DNA from: Endomicrobiales bacterium
Lineage (GTDB): Bacteria > Elusimicrobiota > Endomicrobiia > Endomicrobiales > CAWCFT01
DNA length: 64,000 bases
Assembly (NCBI GenBank): GCA_963794945.1
Contig: CAWCFT010000012.1
Span: 32,083 to 96,082, forward strand
Direction: 5' to 3'
Positions 10,462 through 19,996 of this stretch are shown piece by piece (within the stretch, counting starts at the first letter, position 1; each line of letters begins with the position of its first letter). The notes under the pieces are model-generated. The model made no database searches. It worked only from the letters and a program-made list of their open reading frames with translations, and was not told the DNA's origin. The translations under genes were made by a program, and so were the position numbers.

Positions 10462-11383
10462 ATGCTATCCCTTTCAACTGCTTTCCACATAAATAGGTGC
10501 CGCGAATGGCGGCAGCTACTTGACGAGACCTACAAACTCGGCTTCAAATGCCTGGAGCTCAATGTTGCCGTCCCGGAGAGTATGCTGCGCGAGGCGCTAG
10601 TATCTGTAGAAAAAAAAGCAATAGTGATATCTAGCCTGCACAACTACTGTCCGCGTTCTGGAGAACCTTCCACACGGACGGACGATCTATTCCGGATACA
10701 TTCTAAATTCGGATGATGAAGATGAACGAAAGCTCGCTATAGAGCACACAAAACGGACTATTGAATGGGCCGCCAGGCTTGGGGCGAAAGCCGTTGTTAT
10801 GCACCTGGGGGAAGTAAATGCCGGCCCTGCAGGCAAGGAACTTGCAAAGTATGTGCGCGATTTCAGCAGAAAGGGCATGCTCTACGGCAAGTACTGGGAC
10901 GCGTTCATAAAGGCACGCTCGGAAAGATCAAAAGAATACCTTGAAAAGCTTATGAGAAGCCTGGACGATATACTGCCTTTAGCTGCGGATCGTAAAATAA
11001 TCCTTGGTTTTGAGAACAGGTTCCATTTTCACGAAATGCCTAACATAGAAGAACTGGTTCAACTTTTCGAAAAATATCCCGATGCCCCTGCGGGTTACTG
11101 GCATGATACTGGCCACGCTGAGATGTTTGTCAGACAAGGCTGGGTAAAAGAACACGTTGATTTTCTGAAGCCTTTCACAGGGAAAATAGTTGGCATGCAC
11201 CTTCACGACCTGAGAGGGCTATCAGACCATTTTGCGCCGGGAAGCGGCGACTTTGATTTCAAGGTGCTTCAGCCGTTCGTAAATAGTTCTCAATTGAAGG
11301 TTGTTGAAGCCCATCCCAAATCAACTGCTTCTGAAGTGGCCAAATCAGTCCTTTATCTTGAAAAATGCGGTATTGCTTCCTGA
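10462..11383 (+). CDS. Sugar phosphate isomerase/epimerase (xylose isomerase-like TIM barrel), +1 frameshift near 10655
   Basis: Metal-binding motifs SLHN, V.HLG, GFENR, WHDTGHA, HLHD and DH.APG.G. Confidence 0.8.
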
Positions 11384-11462
11384 AACGCTCCATTGCATTT
11401 AGGTTACCATTTTTTACTGTAACTAAAAATCAAGGAAAACGTGGTAAATTCAGCTATAAAAC

Positions 11463-11491
11463 TTGACAATTAAATAATTCTCTGCTATATT
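11463..11491 (+). promoter_or_regulatory. Sigma70-type promoter about 265 nt upstream of the kinase locus
   Basis: TTGACA-17nt-TATATT with an extended -10 TG. Confidence 0.7.
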
Positions 11492-11756
11492 CTTCTATGT
11501 ATCGGGTGCAATGACAATTTCGTGCTCATTTATTAAAGAGAATTAAGTCGGCTTGGCGGCTTATAAAAAAATGACCCATAAAAATACATTACTTTACAGC
11601 ACAACAACCGCTCAATTACCTCTCCTGACGATTACCAACAAATTCTATCATACAGCAGTTCAACCCAACCAAAAATATTTCAAATATTTTGATATATTTC
11701 CGTCAACATTATCACTAAACGGTTTGCGCATGGGGCAGGCCTACTGAGCATAAATT

Positions 11757-14700
11757 ATGGCTGAACAAAGACAGATACTCATCAACGAACAATACCTGAT
11801 CGTCAAGAAGATCGGGCAAGGCGGCTTCGGAGTCGTATGGCGCGCTTACGATTTTTCTTTGAGGAATTACGTAGCAATAAAAGAGGTTGTTAAAGAATAC
11901 AACGCGCCAAAATATGTGGAGATGCTCTACAAGGAAGCGCTGATAGCAAAGAATATAATCCACGAGAACATAGTGCGCGTACAGCATTTCTGGAAAGGAT
12001 CTAACGGCAGCTACTATATTTCGATGGATTACGTAACTGGCAAAGACCTCGAACGTTTGATAAGCGTTTGCAACAAGAAGAACGTTAAGATCCCTTGGGA
12101 ACTCGCGGTGCTTATCGCGAGCGGCGTGCTAAAAGCTATTGACTTTGCCAACCGCTTAGCCAAAGATACGATTACCGGCAAACCGTACGGCCTCGTTTAC
12201 AGGGACATCTCTCCTGGGAACGTGATACTTTCATTCGACGGCAATGTTAAACTTAGTGATTTCGGCATAGCGAAAACAGCCGATGAAATGAGTGACGGGA
12301 TAAAGAAACGCGTAGTTACGGGTAAATACCCGTATATGTCCCCTGAACAGATAAAGGGTGAACCTGATGTCGACCACCGGTCGGATATATTTTCCATAGG
12401 TATTGTACTCTACGAGATGCTTGCTGGGACGCAGCTCTACAAAGGCGAGCCGGCTGAAATTCGCGAACAGGTAATTAACTCCAAGTTCGATTCCTCGTTC
12501 CTTGACAACATGAACCTGCCTTTCGAGCTGCCAGGGATCATAGAAAAAGCCCTTGAGAAGAATAAAGAGAACAGGTATGAAAAAGCCATAGAGATGTTCC
12601 GCGACCTAAGGAGGCTCTTAAAAGGCAAGGAAACTGAAGAGCTTACAGAAAACCTTGCGATATTCCTTGGAAGAATGCTTCCCGAAGAGCTCGCGGCTGA
12701 AAATGATTTCGGCGAGCGTATAAAGAACCTCAACATGCAGGAAATAAAGAATAATTCACGTACGATCAAGATAACCTGCAAAGATTTTATAGTAGGAGAG
12801 ACCAATACCGGCCCGGAAAGCGATGGGAGCAACCCATTCGTGCCACCGCAAAGCGAAGCTATCGAGCCTATCGAGATCGCTCAACCCAAGATCAAAACGA
12901 AACATCTTGAGCCAGAGATCCAAGCTGTTACTCCTGAACCGGTTATCATCCCTGAGCCTCCTGCCCAGCCTGAGCAAAAGCCAAAACCGCAAGCTCAGCC
13001 TGTATCCGCAGTTCAAGCACCGGAGCCACCTCAGCCGCCGCCACCACCACCTCCTCCTCCTCCTCCTCCTGTCGAAGCCATAAAGGAACCCGATATCGCG
13101 GTCAGCGTCAGTGTGCAGGAATCTGTACAAGTGTCAGCAGTGCCTCGACAGGAACGCGAATCATCAAAGGGGGAAGAAAAAGGAAAGACCGTTTTTGAAG
13201 AGGTGGGCGATTGGCTTGTCACTAAATTCAAGATATACAGCAAAAGGGCGATACGTTTCAGTTTTGCCCTTATTATAGCTTTCATCTTGTTCACAATAGC
13301 TGACACTTTCATACATATAACACCTATGGGTAAGATGATCTATTCAAAAATATATCCGCCGGACATAGTGCTGACTACCGTTCCGGCCGGTGCTATGGTG
13401 TCACTGAAAACACGTGAAGGAAAGGTTGTGCTCGATAATGCCGACAGCTCGCAGCCTATAGAGCTGCGCAAGGTTCAGCCGGGTGTGTATATCCTTACAG
13501 CAGTAAAACAAAATTTCAGGACAGTTGAGCGGGTAGTCAAGATAGAAGAACCTGGAAAAGAAACAGGCGGGCAACTTTTGCAGAGGATAGACGTGAATTT
13601 TGAGTTCACACTGGCGATAAATTCTGTTCCGCCAGGAGCCGAAGTGTTCATTGACGGCAATAAGTTCAACGTTACTCCGTGCAAAGGCGAGTTCGTTTCA
13701 GGCGAGCATACGCTTAAGATACAGCTCAAAGGATTCGAAGAGCTGGGGTCATTAGCTAAGGAAAGCCGACAAGGGTCATGTAACATAGATTTCACGCGGC
13801 CGAACCCGGATGACGCTTTCGGAGGAGTAGACAAGAAGTTCTGGGATTACCAGGTGCAGAACGCAGAAGGCGGAGCGATATTTAATCTCACGGGGCATCT
13901 TTTCAAAAATATATCGTTTGACTCAGTGCCTTCGCATACTGTTGTCCAGGTGGAAGGTGAGCCCCAGTCAAGGGGTAATACGCCGCTTACGGCTCCAATG
14001 AAAGCGGGTGAATATAAGGTCAGGTTCCTTGACCCGGAAGGAAAATATGATGAAAGCGTGAAACAGATAAGTGTTGCACCGGATTCGAACACGCACTATA
14101 CGGCTTACCTGAATAAGTGGGTTACTATCAGGGTAAGATCGAAGGAACAGCACAACGAAGCTTTTATGACTAACGTGAGAATAAAAGGAGCCGGAGTAAA
14201 TATAAGTAAAAGTATCTCTACCGGTAAACCTTTGAGGCTAGCATTGCCGGTTCAGACATATAACATTACTTTTGACGGTGACAGGGAATACCGCACGCTT
14301 ATCATGAAAAACGTTAACATAGGCGATAAGTCTATGATACAGGGCGAGATGGAATACGAGAATGCCCAGCTGAAGGTAACAGTTAAAAACGAGGCGACGA
14401 AGAAACCCATAAACGATGCGTTCGTGTGGCTGTCAAATAAGGCCGCTGGGAAAACTGACGGCGCTGGAGTTTGGGAAAGTGAAGTTCTGCACGGCACGAC
14501 CACTATCAAAATAGTAGCAAAAGGATATTTTGAAAAATCCATTCAAAAGAATATTGCAGCAAGCAAAGAAAATGTAGAAATGTTCCTCAAAGAAGATATC
14601 CCGCTCGTGTCAACCGGAACAGTGCTTCCTCCACTGCCTGACAGGGTACAAAATTATGCTGCTCCTACGCACAAAATAGAATCGAACCTGGCAGGGGACG

Positions 14701-14864
14701 GCTTAATAAACTCCGATTACGAATCTGCCTCGAACCATTCACCGGTATCCGTGAATCAGGGGTCGAGCAATACAATAGTTTGTCCGAATTGCGGCAAAGT
14801 GTACCAGGTTGTGCCGGGTAAAAAACTGAGATTCTGTATCAATTGCGGAAAACCATTCAAGTGA
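11757..14864 (+). CDS. Membrane Hanks-type Ser/Thr kinase with Pro-rich linker, TM, PEGA-like domains and C-terminal zinc ribbon
   Basis: Kinase motifs GQGGFG, VAIKE, YRDISPGN, DFGIAK and YMSPEQ. Poly-Pro run, TM near aa 500, repeated '(T/S)VP.GA.V' PEGA starts, and CPNCG...CINCG. Confidence 0.9.
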   Translation: MAEQRQILINEQYLIVKKIGQGGFGVVWRAYDFSLRNYVAIKEVVKEYNAPKYVEMLYKEALIAKNIIHENIVRVQHFWKGSNGSYYISMDYVTGKDLERLISVCNKKNVKIPWELAVLIASGVLKAIDFANRLAKDTITGKPYGLVYRDISPGNVILSFDGNVKLSDFGIAKTADEMSDGIKKRVVTGKYPYMSPEQIKGEPDVDHRSDIFSIGIVLYEMLAGTQLYKGEPAEIREQVINSKFDSSFLDNMNLPFELPGIIEKALEKNKENRYEKAIEMFRDLRRLLKGKETEELTENLAIFLGRMLPEELAAENDFGERIKNLNMQEIKNNSRTIKITCKDFIVGETNTGPESDGSNPFVPPQSEAIEPIEIAQPKIKTKHLEPEIQAVTPEPVIIPEPPAQPEQKPKPQAQPVSAVQAPEPPQPPPPPPPPPPPPVEAIKEPDIAVSVSVQESVQVSAVPRQERESSKGEEKGKTVFEEVGDWLVTKFKIYSKRAIRFSFALIIAFILFTIADTFIHITPMGKMIYSKIYPPDIVLTTVPAGAMVSLKTREGKVVLDNADSSQPIELRKVQPGVYILTAVKQNFRTVERVVKIEEPGKETGGQLLQRIDVNFEFTLAINSVPPGAEVFIDGNKFNVTPCKGEFVSGEHTLKIQLKGFEELGSLAKESRQGSCNIDFTRPNPDDAFGGVDKKFWDYQVQNAEGGAIFNLTGHLFKNISFDSVPSHTVVQVEGEPQSRGNTPLTAPMKAGEYKVRFLDPEGKYDESVKQISVAPDSNTHYTAYLNKWVTIRVRSKEQHNEAFMTNVRIKGAGVNISKSISTGKPLRLALPVQTYNITFDGDREYRTLIMKNVNIGDKSMIQGEMEYENAQLKVTVKNEATKKPINDAFVWLSNKAAGKTDGAGVWESEVLHGTTTIKIVAKGYFEKSIQKNIAASKENVEMFLKEDIPLVSTGTVLPPLPDRVQNYAAPTHKIESNLAGDGLINSDYESASNHSPVSVNQGSSNTIVCPNCGKVYQVVPGKKLRFCINCGKPFK

Positions 14865-14900
14865 AAGTAGTGGAGAGAATCGCTCTCTCCGGAGGAAGAA

Positions 14901-16676
14901 ATGATTAATAAAGTAATAACGAAAATATTTTTAGGCGCAGCACTCATGATTATGTGCGTAGGCGCTTCGCAATCTGCAGTGCCTACGCAGATAAGCTACC
15001 AGGGTAAACTTACTAACAACACTGGGCAAGCTCTGAATGGAACTTATAATTTTACATTTTCGCTTTATAATTATAATTACAGCACTACTCAATCCACCTG
15101 GACAGAGTCATATACAGGTAATAATGGTATAGTTGTGACGAACGGGTTATACAGCGTACAGCTCGGCAGCATTAATAACTCCCTTTCATATCTTCCATTT
15201 GATACGACTTATTATCTTGAAATTCAAGTCGGCACAGATTCGCCAATGACCCCCAGAATACCACTAGCAACAAGCCCGTATGCATTCAGAAGCAAGTATG
15301 CGGATAACGTTTCAGTTGGAGCTATAACAGCAAGTTCAATAGGCGCAGGCACGTTAATTAATCAGGTAGTGGTAACAACAGGATCAATTTATGTTCCGAA
15401 TGGTGCTGGAGCTTCTAATACCACTTTTCTTCGAGGTGACGGGGCTTGGGGTACCCCATCTGGTGCTGGAGATATGAGCAGGGCTATAGATGGAGTAAAT
15501 ATAGCTAATTCAACCGCATCATTGCAAAACCAGATGAATTCTGTTGGTATTTCGACAGGTAATATAAACAACTCTCTACTGGCTGTGCAGCGGAGCACCT
15601 ATACGATGGCTTCTATTTCTATAAATACTTCACAGATTAATGCTGGAACTTTTCCGAATAGCGTTGTAGTAACAACCGGCTCAATATATACTTCAGCTGG
15701 TTCAGCCTCTAACACGACTTTCCTTAGAGGTGACGGAACTTGGAACACTCCATCAGCTAATGCAATTTTAGCTTCAAATAACACTTTTACAGGATTTAAT
15801 ACATTCGGACAGGTTTATGTGACATCTATAACTATCAGCGGCGCAAACGTAGTGCTGACTGCCACGGCGGCTTATGCGACAAACGCTGCCGCATTGAACG
15901 GAAACAGCGCTTCGGCCTTTACTCTGTTAACTGCCACTCAGAGCTTCAGCGGGTATAATGAATTCAATCAGGTGCAATGTTCATCTCTTACAATAACCGG
16001 TGCGAACGTAGTGCTCACAGCTACAGCAGCATACGCGACCAACGCTGCCGCATTGAATGGCAACAGCGCTTCGGCCTTTACTCTGTTAACTGCCACTCAG
16101 AGCTTCAGCGGGTATAATGCATTCAATCAGGTGCAATGTTCGTCTCTTACAATAACCGGCGCGAACGTAGTGCTAACAGCTACATCAGCATACGCGACCA
16201 ACGCCGCGGCATTGAACGGAAACAGTTTATCGGCATTTGCTCTGTTGACTGCAACACAGACACACAGCGGGTATAATGTATTCAACCAGGTACAGTGTTC
16301 GTCCCTTACTATAACTGGCGCGAACGTGGTGCTTACAGCTACTGCGGCGTACGCAAGTAATTCCGGTAACGCGGCTATAGCGTCATCTGTTGCGAACGGT
16401 GTAATTTACGATGCTAATATTAATGCTGCGGCCGGGATATCTGGCGCAAAACTGGCTTCCAATTTGGTTATTTCAAGCATGACTGCCACGGGTTTTGTTG
16501 GATTACAAAGTGTAACCGTATCTCAATTGCTGGGCATGACACCATCAGCCGTGGGACAGTTGTATTACTGTAGTGGCGGTGACCCTGATACATTCCAAAG
16601 GGTGTACGTATCGACAGGCACGACTATAGGTTCTTTTGCTAAACTTGACAAACCAAGCAGCGGTCCAGGACAATGA
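14901..16676 (+). CDS. Secreted tail-fibre-like repeat protein (putative trimeric adhesin)
   Basis: Signal peptide. N-domain VPTQISYQGKL...F.LY...W.E...NGLYSVQLG...YLEIQV...PRIPL..PYA. Two FLRGDG.W motifs and 53-aa repeats. Confidence 0.7.
   Translation: MINKVITKIFLGAALMIMCVGASQSAVPTQISYQGKLTNNTGQALNGTYNFTFSLYNYNYSTTQSTWTESYTGNNGIVVTNGLYSVQLGSINNSLSYLPFDTTYYLEIQVGTDSPMTPRIPLATSPYAFRSKYADNVSVGAITASSIGAGTLINQVVVTTGSIYVPNGAGASNTTFLRGDGAWGTPSGAGDMSRAIDGVNIANSTASLQNQMNSVGISTGNINNSLLAVQRSTYTMASISINTSQINAGTFPNSVVVTTGSIYTSAGSASNTTFLRGDGTWNTPSANAILASNNTFTGFNTFGQVYVTSITISGANVVLTATAAYATNAAALNGNSASAFTLLTATQSFSGYNEFNQVQCSSLTITGANVVLTATAAYATNAAALNGNSASAFTLLTATQSFSGYNAFNQVQCSSLTITGANVVLTATSAYATNAAALNGNSLSAFALLTATQTHSGYNVFNQVQCSSLTITGANVVLTATAAYASNSGNAAIASSVANGVIYDANINAAAGISGAKLASNLVISSMTATGFVGLQSVTVSQLLGMTPSAVGQLYYCSGGDPDTFQRVYVSTGTTIGSFAKLDKPSSGPGQ
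15840..16355 (+). repeat. 159-bp (53-aa) coding tandem repeat, 3 full copies plus 1 partial
   Basis: Units start at 15840, 15999, 16158 and 16317, each encoding GANVVLTAT(A/S)AYA.... Confidence 0.95.
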
Positions 16677-16704
16677 TAGTGAGTATTGATTCACATGCCA
16701 TAAT

Positions 16705-17922
16705 ATGAAGCATATAATATTTTATTTTATCGTTGTGTTGATGGTTTTTATTGTGTCTACGGCAGGAATGGCCGTGACAAATGATGTTTTTCCTTCTTTT
16801 AGTAGCGCCTACGGGAACAGTACATCAAATTCCTACCAAAATACAGCGAATTTGTCTCCGTTTACAGGGAACAGCACGAGCTTTAGCTACAGGAGCTATA
16901 GTGGATATCTTCCTGCCCAGGTTCTTAGCCCTTCACTTCTGACGATACCTGATCCTAATATGAACTTTGTTTCGCCGTCCCCTACTTCGGACAACTTGCA
17001 GCCGACAACAAAAGTCACTGCTACGGTTGTTTTACAAAATACAGGCGGCAATACGGTGTCTTCGGTTAATTACAGAATAACTAATTCTGGAATTGCAAAT
17101 TTTAATGGGTGGCGTGCCGATGCTTCAGCCACCGTAATAAACTCTACATCAACCCTTTACACGATAAGCATACCAAACACGGCTGGTGATAGCTTTACAG
17201 AAGGAACAAATAATTATATCCAATGGATGGTAACAAATAATGCCGGCGCCCAAAGCCAATCCAGCCCTTACCAGATCATAATAACAACGAACGACATGCC
17301 TTCCATCGTGATAACTCAACCTGATGTCAAAAGCGAGTTCACCAGCATCTCACCCTATATAGCGGCAACCATAACCGGAGGGGCGGCACCGCTTTCAGTT
17401 CAGGTTATAATCGACCGCGCAGCCGGTGGAAATGTAGCTACGGTCACGCCTTTATCATCTAGTCAATGTATATTTGTTCCCACAACAAACATGCTGACCT
17501 ATAAATACGATGGACCGGCGCTTTCGCCAGGTGTTCAATATAAACTTACTGTGACAGCTACCGATTCGTTGGGCAAGGTAGGAGGGTCGACTCCTCTGCT
17601 GTTCATTCCGCAAAATGGGGCTATAGCGGACCTTATACCATACCCATCGCCGTTTGATCCAAAAGTTCAGCCTGTTGTCATCAGATACGTGCTCGGTAGT
17701 AAATCGGATGTCTGGATAAATATTTATGATATGAGCGGCAGGATAGTTAAAGTTGTATTGGACAATCAAAGCAGGGGGCCGGGCCTGTGCGAAGACACAT
17801 GGAACGGCACGAACTTTGGCGGATCTGAGCTGGCAAACGGCGTTTATTTCTGCGAGTTAATAGCCAAGACAGATCAAGGCACGTATAAAAAGTATAAATC
17901 GCTGGCAATATTTGGCAAATGA
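16705..17922 (+). CDS. Secreted Ig-like protein with C-terminal FlgD-Ig / T9SS type A-like sorting domain
   Basis: Signal peptide and Ser/Thr-rich beta domains. CTD reads PYPSPFDP...IYDMSGRIVK...WNGTN..G.ELANGVYF. Confidence 0.75.
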   Translation: MKHIIFYFIVVLMVFIVSTAGMAVTNDVFPSFSSAYGNSTSNSYQNTANLSPFTGNSTSFSYRSYSGYLPAQVLSPSLLTIPDPNMNFVSPSPTSDNLQPTTKVTATVVLQNTGGNTVSSVNYRITNSGIANFNGWRADASATVINSTSTLYTISIPNTAGDSFTEGTNNYIQWMVTNNAGAQSQSSPYQIIITTNDMPSIVITQPDVKSEFTSISPYIAATITGGAAPLSVQVIIDRAAGGNVATVTPLSSSQCIFVPTTNMLTYKYDGPALSPGVQYKLTVTATDSLGKVGGSTPLLFIPQNGAIADLIPYPSPFDPKVQPVVIRYVLGSKSDVWINIYDMSGRIVKVVLDNQSRGPGLCEDTWNGTNFGGSELANGVYFCELIAKTDQGTYKKYKSLAIFGK

Positions 17923-17975
17923 TAAGAGAAATAGATATGTTTTTACTAAGCCACAAATAAAATAGGTTCAACTTA

Positions 17976-19010
17976 ATGGATATTAAAAGAACTGGCACAG
18001 TGCTCTTAACACTCTTGTTGGCTGCAGGCCCTGCGTTCGCTGGGACAGATGCGGCGGCTTTCCTTAACTCCGGAGTTGGCGCAAGGGCGCTGGCAATGGG
18101 GGGTGCCTTTGTTTCGGTCTGTGATGATCCAACAGCCATGTACTGGAACCCAGCCGGCCTTGCCAGGATCAACAGGTTCAGTGTGACGACAATGTCTCAA
18201 TCGCTGGGGCCAACGCAGTGGGATACATTAAGCGACATAACCCCGTCATATCAGTTTATGGGTGTAACATGTCCTATAAGCCGCGCGGGTTTGAATAAGG
18301 GTACAATTGCTGCGGGTATGATAAGTAACGGGCTTGACAATGTTACTTACTCGTATCTTGACACGTCGGGCCAGATAGTACGCGACACATTTGCAGACAC
18401 TGAAAATGCATATTTTATTTCGGGTGCTGTTCCTCTGCTTTCATCGCGCGACAATCTTTATGCAGGTGCAACGCTTACATATATAAATCAAGCTTTTTCA
18501 AAGATCGCAGGAGCGGACGCAGCCGGCTATGACGCGAGTTTTGGCTTGCTCTACTGTATTGGTGACGCTGGGATCGGGCTGGTTATTGATCGCGGAGCTG
18601 ATCTTACATGGGCTAACGGCAGGGATGATTCAGCAGGGCTTATGACAAAGCTTGGGGTGTCGGACAGATTTGGTTTGAGCAGATATCTTTCTATACTTGG
18701 AAGCCTTGATATAGTGCAAAGGAAAGATGAGCCGATGGAAGTTAACGTTGGAACAGAGTTCGGCTGGGAAAAAAAGCTAGGCAGTGAAAACGGCATATTG
18801 TTTGAAGGTATTTTCTTAAGGGGCGGGCTTGAAGGGTATGCAGTTGAAGATAGAGATAATTCTGCGAGCGCGATAAATAGTAACATTAATTACACTATGG
18901 GTATGGGCCTGGATATATCATTCTGGGGCTACTATCTTCAGCTGGATTATGCAATGGGTTCTTACTCGCTGGGAAACAAAGATAATATTTCGGTTAGCAT
19001 GTACTTTTAA
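17976..19010 (+). CDS. PorV/PorQ (FadL-like) outer-membrane beta-barrel
   Basis: Signal peptide; GARALAMGGAF..DDPTAMYWNPAGL; amphipathic strands; C-terminal aromatic residue (SMYF). Confidence 0.8.
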   Translation: MDIKRTGTVLLTLLLAAGPAFAGTDAAAFLNSGVGARALAMGGAFVSVCDDPTAMYWNPAGLARINRFSVTTMSQSLGPTQWDTLSDITPSYQFMGVTCPISRAGLNKGTIAAGMISNGLDNVTYSYLDTSGQIVRDTFADTENAYFISGAVPLLSSRDNLYAGATLTYINQAFSKIAGADAAGYDASFGLLYCIGDAGIGLVIDRGADLTWANGRDDSAGLMTKLGVSDRFGLSRYLSILGSLDIVQRKDEPMEVNVGTEFGWEKKLGSENGILFEGIFLRGGLEGYAVEDRDNSASAINSNINYTMGMGLDISFWGYYLQLDYAMGSYSLGNKDNISVSMYF

Positions 19011-19056
19011 TGCGATATAGATGTCTGGTATAAAGAAGATTATACCGGAGGAAAAC

Positions 19057-19902
19057 ATGAAACAACAAATTCAAATCTGTTCAGCGTTCTTGGTTGCAGC
19101 AGTTCTTTTGGGGGGCGCCAGCAAGTTTGCGAGTGCAAACCCTAAGAAGGATGTATCTGATCCTGTTCTTAGCGAAGTGATCCAGAATTTCGAACCCAGG
19201 ATGCCCAGGTTCGTCGACAAACACGGAAAAGATGTATTCGTTACGGATGCGCCAATCACGAGGGGAAGCCTAATGCTTGCGCTTTACGAGTACGATAAAT
19301 CACTTAAAATACCTAAAAAAGAAAATATTTCCAGGGTAGAATTTGATGAATTGAAAGCCAGGATAAAATTGCTTGAAGGTGGTGCCGGCGCTAAACGTTT
19401 TTCTAAAGAAGATACGGAAGATAAATCCCAGCTGGACATTACCCAGATATTAAATGACATTGCGCCGAATATGCCTATGCTTCTTGATGACTCACTAGGT
19501 AAATCAAAAGTATTTATGGGGCTCAGATACGAAGTAATGAACCTGAAACCGCAAGAAGGGACTTCATCCGGAGAGCAGACAGAACTTAAAAAAAATCTTG
19601 AACAAACTGAATTGGAACTAAGCGAGCTTTCAAAGAAAGTCGAAGCTATGGAAAGGGTTCCGCAGCAAGATGGAAACGGCGGGTCGGACGCAGATACGCA
19701 AAAAATGAAGAAGGACCTCGCTCAGACCCGTTCAAGGCTATCAAAACTTGAAAAAAGGATGAACGATATCGATAATACAAAGAGTGATGAACAGATATCA
19801 AGCGTTCGTTCGGGATCTAAAGACGCTGTTGAAAATACTTCTGTGCTTGCCAAGATAAGTATGGGGCTTAGCATGGTTGCCGCGCTATTTATTGCGAGAT
19901 GA
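19057..19902 (+). CDS. Exported coiled-coil protein with SLH-like N-terminal motif and C-terminal hydrophobic anchor
   Basis: GGAGG RBS and signal peptide. FVTDAPITRGSLMLALY motif, heptad segments, and C-terminal VLAKISMGLSMVAALFIAR. Confidence 0.6.
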   Translation: MKQQIQICSAFLVAAVLLGGASKFASANPKKDVSDPVLSEVIQNFEPRMPRFVDKHGKDVFVTDAPITRGSLMLALYEYDKSLKIPKKENISRVEFDELKARIKLLEGGAGAKRFSKEDTEDKSQLDITQILNDIAPNMPMLLDDSLGKSKVFMGLRYEVMNLKPQEGTSSGEQTELKKNLEQTELELSELSKKVEAMERVPQQDGNGGSDADTQKMKKDLAQTRSRLSKLEKRMNDIDNTKSDEQISSVRSGSKDAVENTSVLAKISMGLSMVAALFIAR

Positions 19903-19996
19903 ATATAGTTGGTATATCAGCAAGCAAGTTAATGAAGTTGGAAGTATATGTGCAGGCGGATTTTAAAGTAAACAAATAGTTAAAGGAGTCGGATTT

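Noticed and set aside
15840..16355. CRISPR array or DGR template/variable repeat
   Set aside because: These are contiguous in-frame coding repeats without spacers. Differences are largely synonymous rather than adenine-specific, and no cas or reverse transcriptase gene is present.
14901..16676. Prophage remnant
   Set aside because: It has a signal peptide, and no capsid, terminase, integrase or other tail genes are nearby.
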